IMG/VR virus record: IMGVR_UViG_3300031994_000058
Span: 22,688-86,687 of that record
Direction: 5' to 3' (one strand)
DNA from: a virus
Taxonomy: Duplodnaviria; Caudoviricetes
Length of the DNA stretch: 64,000 nucleotides
Shown: positions 56,914 to 64,000 of the stretch, piece by piece
Position numbering within the stretch: the stretch's first letter is position 1
Layout: the number at the start of each line of letters is the position of its first letter
Position numbers and translations under genes: made by a program
The notes under the pieces: model-generated
What the model was told of the DNA's origin: nothing
Seen by the model: the letters and a program-made list of their open reading frames with translations, nothing else
Databases searched by the model: none

Positions 56914-57399
56914 TTAATATGTTACGGCGAGATCGGGTCTACCGAAAATGATGTTGGGATTCTGAACAAGAATCGGAATGTCGCTAGTGTTTCTAACAGA
57001 AACCGTTTCACAACAACCATTCCATACATCAACATTGATCTCTCTGCTAACATTGAAGAATTCCTCGACTGCTGCAGGGGTGACGATCATTGTGCTTGCC
57101 GGAACAGTAGCCCCATCGACGGTAATTGCGAGAGAAATCTCACCGACTGTCTCGCCGGTCGGAACTGCGATGTTCGCCCCAAAGTTTACCCGATAATTGG
57201 CACTATTAATTCTTCTACAACAGCACCGATTTCGGTTAAGGCATCTTGGAATCCATCCAGAAAGAAGAAAATTTCCAGTTCCACTACGCCAACGAACAAG
57301 ACCTCTTTCGCAAGGGCTAGGGGCAAGTGTGAAAACCACAGTCTCACCAGGTGGTACTGTCTGCAACGTGTTATTGGTGTATTCAGCCATTGCTGTCAC
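56914..57399 (-). CDS. Cys-rich beta-sandwich accessory protein
   Basis: QTVPPGETVVF...YRVNFGANIA...GCCETVSVRN. Confidence 0.7.
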   Translation of the reverse strand: MTAMAEYTNNTLQTVPPGETVVFTLAPSPCERGLVRWRSGTGNFLLSGWIPRCLNRNRCCCRRINSANYRVNFGANIAVPTGETVGEISLAITVDGATVPASTMIVTPAAVEEFFNVSREINVDVWNGCCETVSVRNTSDIPILVQNPNIIFGRPDLAVTY

Positions 57400-57405
57400 C
57401 TCCTA

Positions 57406-58323
57406 TCACGCGTTGCAACCGCAGCCGTTGTAGAAATTCTGATTAGCACAGCAGTTGGGATTCTGAACAACATATGCTGGAATGGGAGACGGATTCAGAT
57501 ACTGCTCGAGCGCCTGAGTCTGAGCCTGATTGTCAGCCAGGATAGCAGCACGGTTAGCCAGGCCCTCAGCGCGAATATTCTGTGCGGTGATCTGGTTCTG
57601 CAGAGCATTGTTCTGAGCCTTGAGTGCCTCGATCTCCTGCTGACACAGCTTATCCTGAATGCTCTGGATGCCATTGTTGATGGTATTAAGCAGCATCTGA
57701 GTGTTTGCGGTATTGTTCGTGATGATGTCGCGAGTGTTGTTAGCAGCCTCATAGCGATCCTGGCAATGCTCCTGAGCATTCGCATACTTAGAATCCAGAA
57801 CTGCCGCACGATTCTCGCAGCAACAATTCTGCTGTGCCATAGAAATCGTATTGAGCTGGTTAGAAAGACCGGTCTGAAGATTAAACATCTGATTCATGTT
57901 AGCCATCTGGCGAGCATTATCGGATGCTTCGGCTGCGGAGAAACCAGAATTTACAGCAGCCGTGACACCGTTAAAGCCGTTGCACAGAGCCTGATTTACA
58001 CCGGCAAAGCCAGAGCACATGCCCTGATTCACACCAGCGAAACCGTTAGTTACAGCACCAGTAAGGCCATTGATTCCAGACATAACTGCCTGCTGATCAA
58101 AGCCTCTCTGTACATCGTTATTAGTGGTGTTGTTCATGATGTACGGCATAGCACCGTTACCATATCCGCCACCCCAGCCATTGCCGTTGAAAGCAAACAG
58201 GAACAGAACCAGCAGCCACCATGCTCCGTCGCCGCCAAATCCGTTTCCGAAGCCACCTCCATTATTATAGCCAGTGGGAGTTACAAGCATTGTCGTGTTT
58301 GTTCCGTTTTCTGCAAGACTCAT
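57406..58323 (-). CDS. Gly/Asn/Gln-rich protein with 11-aa repeats and Cys clusters
   Basis: TM WWLLVLFLFAF; GFAGVNQGMCS-type repeats; QQNCCCENR; NPNCC. Confidence 0.8.
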   Translation of the reverse strand: MSLAENGTNTTMLVTPTGYNNGGGFGNGFGGDGAWWLLVLFLFAFNGNGWGGGYGNGAMPYIMNNTTNNDVQRGFDQQAVMSGINGLTGAVTNGFAGVNQGMCSGFAGVNQALCNGFNGVTAAVNSGFSAAEASDNARQMANMNQMFNLQTGLSNQLNTISMAQQNCCCENRAAVLDSKYANAQEHCQDRYEAANNTRDIITNNTANTQMLLNTINNGIQSIQDKLCQQEIEALKAQNNALQNQITAQNIRAEGLANRAAILADNQAQTQALEQYLNPSPIPAYVVQNPNCCANQNFYNGCGCNA

Positions 58324-58409
58324 AGTAAAGCCCTCCTTGAATTAATTAGTAGATTGTAGTAGTGTAATTGTTAATGCAATATCCAAAACCTGCGCAGGTT
58401 TTTAGAACG

Positions 58410-59282
58410 TTATTTAATATCTCCATAAATCATCGCTTTGACTGTGGCTATTGGTATATCCAATATTGAGCCCATCTTGCTATCCAAGTAAGACAGATTA
58501 CTAGTGTCAAAGATGATTACTGGATTTTCTCGTTTGAAATTTGTACCATAGTGAGAATCATTAGTATCGATGGCTGCGCCATAACCTTGACGCTTGAGTT
58601 CTTTAAAGAATCTGGCTCGCTGCCTTTGAAGGTCTGGATCTTCATTCGGAATCGTGTAATTGAAAAACCTGTAAATCTTATACAAATCTTCAGAAGATAC
58701 ATTTTGATTCTTTCGTTTTCGAACTTTTTCAAGCGTTTTTATTGATTCCTTATACGCCGGATTTTCCTTATGATTGTCAGGCATCAAAGATTCCATTCTT
58801 TTTGGATCTGTTACAAAGTTCCAAAAATCTTTAGACTTTTCGACGCATTTCGTAAAAGCTTCAACAGATGCTTTTTCATCGGCCACTTTAATGTCTTTAT
58901 TCGCCTTATTTCGAATTTTGTATAACATATGGAACGCGGGACCAATGCGCTTTCCATTCTCGTCTACCTCGTCATTTTTTATGACCTTTTGAAACATCGC
59001 ATTATAAAAATTCTTATCACGATCTGTAAGCGCTGCGTAATAAAAATCGGAATCTCTTGTTCGATCTTTATCCTTAGACAAAGTCTGTGCGACACTCCCA
59101 CGTTTTATGATCGTCGGCGAACTTTTAGCCTCGTAATCGACTCGTTTCACTCTATGGCCTTTTAATGGATACGGCGGGCCATTACGCACGCCCCACTCTT
59201 GGCCTTTAATTCCGTGATGAGCTAAGAAATCAGTGTACAATTCTATTACCCCTCCTCCCCGATTTTTATTTAGCATTCTCAT
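58410..59282 (-). CDS. HHG..WG-leader protein, possible ADP-ribosyltransferase-like C-terminus (true start likely slightly inside)
   Basis: LAHHGIKGQEWGVRNGPPYPL; LKRQGYGAAIDTND...PVIIFD. Confidence 0.7.
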   Translation of the reverse strand: MRMLNKNRGGGVIELYTDFLAHHGIKGQEWGVRNGPPYPLKGHRVKRVDYEAKSSPTIIKRGSVAQTLSKDKDRTRDSDFYYAALTDRDKNFYNAMFQKVIKNDEVDENGKRIGPAFHMLYKIRNKANKDIKVADEKASVEAFTKCVEKSKDFWNFVTDPKRMESLMPDNHKENPAYKESIKTLEKVRKRKNQNVSSEDLYKIYRFFNYTIPNEDPDLQRQRARFFKELKRQGYGAAIDTNDSHYGTNFKRENPVIIFDTSNLSYLDSKMGSILDIPIATVKAMIYGDIK

Positions 59283-59343
59283 TTTTTTTCTGGTTATATC
59301 TATAATACTATTTCTCAGCCGTTTTCTACGTAAGGCTCTTACC

Positions 59344-60003
59344 CTAAGAATGCTGGAGAGAATCTAAGTAAACGGTGTTAAACATTTCTCTTCTAAAGCC
59401 CCACTCATCATTTAGAGCTTTATAGTTATTGCTAAGAGTTGCAATAGGATGATTCAACCGGGCTTTCATATATTCACTGTGCATATATTTGTCGACAGCT
59501 TTAGCGGTTTTCTTATAATTTTTGTATACGTCTTTGCACTTCTGTTTGACCAACTTATCAAAATTGGGAGACTTGCCGCCATTAAGTTCATCAGCATATT
59601 CTGGCGCATCATAGCGACGTTCAAACACGTCTTTATAGAATTTTTCACGAGCCTTCGGATTAGAATGATCATAATCTTTGTTTGTATAGATTTGATCCAT
59701 CAGTTTCATCCCGTGTTCTTTGATTTCTTTAGCGGTGAGTTTTCGATGACTTTTTTCGTATTCTTTCTTTACTGCTTTATACTTTTTATCGTATTCGCGG
59801 CTGGCGTCAAAGGCTGCATCTTGCTTTTGCTTATACTTCTTAACCGACGACTTACTAAGATTAAGAAAATGCTTCCTGCCCATCGGTGTGAGGGAGCCGT
59901 CCTTATTCTGATATCGTCTTACACCCCACTTTTGTCCGAGAACACCATGATGATAGAGCTCGTCATCATTCCCGGTCAAAATATCTTGAAGAAAATCTGT
60001 CAT
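59344..60003 (-). CDS. HHG..WG-leader protein
   Basis: LYHHGVLGQKWGVRRYQNKDGSLTPMGR. Confidence 0.8.
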   Translation of the reverse strand: MTDFLQDILTGNDDELYHHGVLGQKWGVRRYQNKDGSLTPMGRKHFLNLSKSSVKKYKQKQDAAFDASREYDKKYKAVKKEYEKSHRKLTAKEIKEHGMKLMDQIYTNKDYDHSNPKAREKFYKDVFERRYDAPEYADELNGGKSPNFDKLVKQKCKDVYKNYKKTAKAVDKYMHSEYMKARLNHPIATLSNNYKALNDEWGFRREMFNTVYLDSLQHS

Positions 60004-60006
60004 CGC

Positions 60007-60228
60007 TTATCCTTTCCCCATAAGGTGATTCGCCATTTGAGCAACGGCGTTGAACTGCTCCTGAGAGATTTCGCCATTTTGAATTTTCTGCTGAATAATC
60101 TGCTGTGGGCTCATCTGAGCAGAAGCATTAAACTGCTGCTGAAAATTATTAAACTGGTTTACAAAATTATTGAAACCACCAAGCTGACTGAATAATGGAT
60201 TCTGCGGATTAAAGTTAAAGCCGTTCAT
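60007..60228 (-). CDS. Small Gln/Asn-rich protein
   Basis: NNFVNQFNNFQQQF...PQQIIQQKIQNGEISQEQFN. Confidence 0.75.
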   Translation of the reverse strand: MNGFNFNPQNPLFSQLGGFNNFVNQFNNFQQQFNASAQMSPQQIIQQKIQNGEISQEQFNAVAQMANHLMGKG

Positions 60229-60234
60229 ATACTA

Positions 60235-60729
60235 TCACCCCTTAAGTTCGTTGTAAAGCGCTTCAAACTTTGCTTTCAGATCATCAAACTCCGCCTTCGG
60301 AACTGTAGATTCTTGCGATGTCTGATACTTCTCAGTTTGCGACGGTTGCATCATAGGATTTGGAGTCGTCTCTGTCAGACTCCATGTGCGTGGACTTAAA
60401 TCAATTCCATATACGTCTTTTGCTTTCAAGCAAAGTTCATGTTCAGAGAAGTTAAACAGGGCGATCGTTTGTCCAGCCATTGGTGTATAATAGTTGTAAT
60501 CCGACTTATTATTCACCATGTAACAAACTGTGATGCCTCTTTGCTCTGTGGCAAAAGGAACCGGTTGAAGTTGCGTTGTTGGTTGTGGATTAATCCAATT
60601 ACTATAGTTTGGTTGCACCTGTTGTATTTGCTGCTGTTGAGTTGTTTGCGTAGGCATTGGTTGTGTCCGTGTTGTACTTTGCATAGGCTGAGTTCCAGCA
60701 TTCGTATAATTTGCGAGCACTATTACCAC
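60235..60729 (-). CDS. Gln-rich accessory protein
   Basis: Q/P/T-rich N-terminus, then YTPMAGQTIALF...LKAKDVYG. Confidence 0.7.
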   Translation of the reverse strand: MVIVLANYTNAGTQPMQSTTRTQPMPTQTTQQQQIQQVQPNYSNWINPQPTTQLQPVPFATEQRGITVCYMVNNKSDYNYYTPMAGQTIALFNFSEHELCLKAKDVYGIDLSPRTWSLTETTPNPMMQPSQTEKYQTSQESTVPKAEFDDLKAKFEALYNELKG

Positions 60730-61100
60730 TCCTTTCTGTAATAGTAAATCGGCGATTTATCTCCAGAATCAAACGTGTCATAATAATCACCATTCACAAC
60801 GGCTATTACATGACCGGAGGTTTTAAGAAGATATGAACCAATCGGATGATCATCACAAAAATCTCTAACTGTATAGCAATCAGGACATGTATCCGGTATC
60901 AAATATCTTCTATAACCTCGCATCGATAGGAATTTACCCCACATCTTATCAGAAGAAGGCATGTCATAATTTTCCCGACAAATATCTGTTACGCTGTCAA
61001 ATGCTTCTAACCATGTAAGACCTTCGAGTCTACAAATGGCCCTTATTGTACAGTCTGTGACATGTTTTCCTTTGGGGTTCGGATTATAGTAGATAAACAT
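60723..61100 (-). CDS. Possible papain-like (Cys-His-Asp) small peptidase
   Basis: DCTIRA...GHVIAV..GDYYDTFDSG. Confidence 0.5.
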   Translation of the reverse strand: MFIYYNPNPKGKHVTDCTIRAICRLEGLTWLEAFDSVTDICRENYDMPSSDKMWGKFLSMRGYRRYLIPDTCPDCYTVRDFCDDHPIGSYLLKTSGHVIAVVNGDYYDTFDSGDKSPIYYYRKEW

Positions 61101-61135
61101 TTTGAATTAACCATAAAAATTTGATCTATAAGACT

Positions 61136-61705
61136 TTACTTAAGCGGAATAAAACTCGGTGTCGCGTAAAGAATCTCTTTCGGCGTTCTATTCTTATTCA
61201 TTCTTGCTATCTCATCGATTGCATGCTGGTTTGAAACGCGGGCACTTCGGACGGCTTTCTTGTATGGCTTATAGTACTTCTCGGCTTTTTTGACGGTTTT
61301 CTGCATAGAGAGTGAGTCTAGGAAATCTTTCGCGGCTTTAAAAAGTTTACCGTTTCTAAAGTTTACCAAAGCAGACATCTTAGTTGCTTTAACGTCGTCC
61401 ATTACGTCTTTTGTAGCCACTTCATATGTCCAAACTGTATTATTTAAAGCCCTCTGTTGCTCTTCGAGAAGATACTGTGCGCGTGACAATTCCTCCTTAC
61501 GAACATTTCCAGGATCAACCGAGTCTCCCTTTTCGACTCCTGCACCGCCATTCGTGACATACTTCTCTCTGGCTTTTGGGCGATTGTCCTGCCACTTCTC
61601 TTTGTGCTTCTTGTAGTATTCGGCGTTATACTCAGATTCACGTTTTTTTTGTTCTGGAGACTTCCCCCAAGAATGACTGAGTTCTGCCAGAAAATCTTGT
61701 TTCAT
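61136..61705 (-). CDS. HSWGK-leader protein
   Basis: LSHSWGKSPEQKKRESEYNAEYY. Confidence 0.8.
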   Translation of the reverse strand: MKQDFLAELSHSWGKSPEQKKRESEYNAEYYKKHKEKWQDNRPKAREKYVTNGGAGVEKGDSVDPGNVRKEELSRAQYLLEEQQRALNNTVWTYEVATKDVMDDVKATKMSALVNFRNGKLFKAAKDFLDSLSMQKTVKKAEKYYKPYKKAVRSARVSNQHAIDEIARMNKNRTPKEILYATPSFIPLK

Positions 61706-61716
61706 GTGTAAGCTCC

Positions 61717-62076
61717 TTATAATTTAGTGATTCCGGGATCTACTTCGACATTAAGTCGCCACTCAAGTTCCTTGATTGCTTCTTTCATCTTCTCATTTGC
61801 AATGGAGCTTGCTGGCGGATCGAAGATAAGCTTTACTTGCATGTAAATATATGATCGAACTTGCGGGAGCCTATTTGCAGGATAGTCGTCGCCAAGAAAG
61901 TCGTGCCACGTTTGTGTCTCGTCTGTTAGAATGAATTCAGGAGTTCCAACGCCCATCTGAACAAGATTCGCAAGATATGTGTTGGCATGAATCATGATGT
62001 CTTGGTCGAAATAATTGTAATCTGTGGCGGCTCCGCCAAGAAGTTTTCGCAAACTTGCTAAGATGGATTCGTCCAT
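61717..62076 (-). CDS. Head-tail connector (gp6-like)
   Basis: SILASLRKLLG...FDQDIMIHAN...LVQMGVG...VKLIFDPPASS...ELEWRL. Confidence 0.7.
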   Translation of the reverse strand: MDESILASLRKLLGGAATDYNYFDQDIMIHANTYLANLVQMGVGTPEFILTDETQTWHDFLGDDYPANRLPQVRSYIYMQVKLIFDPPASSIANEKMKEAIKELEWRLNVEVDPGITKL

Positions 62077-62089
62077 TTACTTGCCTCCT

Positions 62090-62389
62090 TTATTTTTTAC
62101 CATAAAGGTATCTATTACCAACGTCTCTTAAATGATGACCGCTTCTGTCATGAAGTCTATTTCTATTAGTTAGGCTCTCCACTACACCTTCATAGATCCA
62201 ACCCTCACCGATTATCGCTTTGGCCTTATAGAATTTGCGATCTGTCCAGTCATATGTGACATTAGATTCGTCGATCTCAATGACTTCGCCATTTTGAATT
62301 TCACCAACGACATCTTCTGAAATTTGAGTAATCCATGGAGCTCGTCTCAGAGATGCTTTCTTACAATTGGCGATTTTTACTTTAGTCAT
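62090..62389 (-). CDS. SH3-like domain protein
   Basis: IANCKKASLRRAP...VVGEI..GE...EGWI. Confidence 0.55.
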   Translation of the reverse strand: MTKVKIANCKKASLRRAPWITQISEDVVGEIQNGEVIEIDESNVTYDWTDRKFYKAKAIIGEGWIYEGVVESLTNRNRLHDRSGHHLRDVGNRYLYGKK

Positions 62390-62398
62390 AAGACGATA

Positions 62399-62812
62399 TC
62401 ACCTCCAGGGAATTGTATCATTTGGTGTTCTATCCGCAGGTCTTCGAGATTTAACTAGATCCATGTTTCCATAGTGAATCATCTGATGCGTGTCAAATGA
62501 AACACAGACAACGTTGTTTGGATCGAATACACAAATGTCTCGATTAAGGATGTTCTCAATTGTGATTGGGTTTAGGTGATGGATGTAAAGACCCTTATTT
62601 ATTGGGTAGTCTGGATGAGCTAAGTCACAGCCATGATCTCGAACGACTATTTCTCGCCTAAACTTCTGCCATTCATAGGAATGATAGAGCGTTTGGTTTA
62701 GATGCCTATGTGAACCAAATGTTGCAGATCCTGGTTGACCGTTTAGAAACAGATACTCCAAGCGCTCATCGAATGTCGGCAGCGATATAAGCTCTTGGTA
62801 GGTTCGGATCAT
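62399..62812 (-). CDS. HNH endonuclease (packaging-associated)
   Basis: EWQKFRREIVVRDHGCDL...IHHLNP...NVVCVSFDTHQMIH. Confidence 0.88.
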   Translation of the reverse strand: MIRTYQELISLPTFDERLEYLFLNGQPGSATFGSHRHLNQTLYHSYEWQKFRREIVVRDHGCDLAHPDYPINKGLYIHHLNPITIENILNRDICVFDPNNVVCVSFDTHQMIHYGNMDLVKSRRPADRTPNDTIPWR

Positions 62813-62832
62813 TTTGACAACATCCTTTCGGT

Positions 62833-63441
62833 TTATTCAAGCCACTTTTCATAATTCACAAATGTACCTAATTCAGGATCAGTAAATCTTTCAAATTCTT
62901 TAAACCCCATCTTTTCAGCAAGGCGTCGAGAACCTTTATTTTCTTCAAGAGCTGACCAAAGAATTGGCTTATCCCAATCCAAAGAACTTTTATTCTTTTC
63001 AATCCACTCGATTCCTCGCTTTGCGGCTTTTGTAGCGTAACCTTTTCCTCGATTTTCTTTTCCACCCCTGATTCCAAGTGAAACGTTGTATACCTCGTTA
63101 TACTCGTCAATATTAAAAAACGACATCGGAATACTTCCTGATTTAATAATTGTCGAATGAACCAACCTTGTGGCATCTCTATAATCATCGGTTCCTTTAT
63201 ACCCGTGTTCATATCCCAACAAACGAAGATCATCTTTGCTCATGGAATTGATTATACTTTCGAGTGATGGATCAACTCTATGGGTTCTAGAAACGTTACC
63301 GTATCGTTTCCGCCCCTCATCAGTCAAAGAGCCGTCGGTGTTTTGGTATCGTCTTACACCCCACTTTTGGCCTTTAATTCCATGGTGTGAGAGCGAGGTG
63401 TTCGAGTTTTGTGTGAGTTCTATTAGAAAATCGTGTTTCAT
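62833..63441 (-). CDS. HHG..WG-leader protein fused to a GNAT acetyltransferase
   Basis: LSHHGIKGQKWGVRRYQN; ENRGKGYATKAA (acetyl-CoA motif A)...ENKGSRRLAEKMGF. Confidence 0.85.
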   Translation of the reverse strand: MKHDFLIELTQNSNTSLSHHGIKGQKWGVRRYQNTDGSLTDEGRKRYGNVSRTHRVDPSLESIINSMSKDDLRLLGYEHGYKGTDDYRDATRLVHSTIIKSGSIPMSFFNIDEYNEVYNVSLGIRGGKENRGKGYATKAAKRGIEWIEKNKSSLDWDKPILWSALEENKGSRRLAEKMGFKEFERFTDPELGTFVNYEKWLE

Positions 63442-63444
63442 TAG

Positions 63445-63780
63445 TTACTCCTCATACTCTTCATAAGGTGTCTGACCTTGATATAATCGCATTGCGTTGA
63501 TAGCATCGCCATAAAGGGCCTCAACCCTCTTGGCGGATTCGATTGCTTCTGTCTTTGCTTCCAGATTTCGCATCTGCTTCTCCATCAATTCCTGTTCGAG
63601 CTGCGCCTTGGTTGTGCCGAGCTTCAGGTAATGACAGATTAGCTGATTTGACGCTGTTCCATCCAGTAATTTTTCTTCAGCCAAATCCATGGCCAAAGAA
63701 ATCAATTGATTCTCTCTTGCTTCAGGAGTCTTTGCTGGAGGGAGGCGTCTTTTAGCACCACTTTTGTTTGTGTTTGCCAT
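63445..63780 (-). CDS. Putative terminase small subunit
   Basis: First gene of the packaging block, helical, PAKTPEARENQLISLAMDLAE; assignment is positional. Confidence 0.5.
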   Translation of the reverse strand: MANTNKSGAKRRLPPAKTPEARENQLISLAMDLAEEKLLDGTASNQLICHYLKLGTTKAQLEQELMEKQMRNLEAKTEAIESAKRVEALYGDAINAMRLYQGQTPYEEYEE

Positions 63781-64000
63781 AGTTTCTTACCTCCTTATAA
63801 GACTTTTATCTATCTAATATCTAGTTTTCATGTCCTTTCTACAGCGTTTGGGAGACTTTTCAAACGCGAAAGGAGTACACGTTTGTGCGGGACGGACGAT
63901 AACACGGACTGTAGATTGGAGGCTCCCCCAAACGCTATAGACAAGACATGAAAATTCTATGGGAAAATATAAAAAATCTTCCGCCGGAATATTTCCGGAG

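Noticed and set aside
56911-58359. 482-aa plus-strand ORF, and other long plus-strand ORFs such as 45054..45938 and 49405..50073
   Set aside because: Antisense shadows of well-supported minus-strand genes; no RBS or recognisable motifs.
1-64000. Prophage boundaries, integrase or host genes
   Set aside because: No integrase, att site, divergent repressor switch or host housekeeping genes seen; lifestyle cannot be determined from this window.

Overview
A 64-kb segment of a tailed siphovirus-like dsDNA phage. Essentially all real genes lie on the minus strand with strong GGAGG ribosome-binding sites. The host is inferred to be an anaerobic Firmicute (GH25 lysin, family-4 holin, NrdD-type glycyl-radical motif). 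In transcription order (right to left): (i) packaging/head module (putative TerS, HNH, TerL, portal, protease-capsid fusion), interleaved with seven proteins sharing an LxH-HG..WG or LxH-SWGK leader, a Gln/Asn/Cys-rich accessory module and the holin; (ii) tail module with a fibre cluster, a diversity-generating retroelement (TR 41196-41337, VR 41466-41607, RT with YMDN motif) and the lysin inserted between major tail protein and tail chaperones, then tape measure, Dit-like and Tal-like genes; (iii) a fibre-gene remnant, a stand-alone NrdD C-terminal protein and four tandem BspA-type LRR proteins; (iv) a ~14-kb array of small genes and small RNAs driven by 15 copies of a TCGCA-N16-TWATAG-like promoter and separated by intrinsic terminators, containing three tRNA-like RNAs and a 57-bp repeat; (v) small genes including MazF-like, MazG-like, two DUF3310-like, HTH genes and a truncated thyX. 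A 9-mer, TCAAAATGG, recurs at least 24 times, all on the minus strand. Family assignments come from motif recognition by eye, not database searches.
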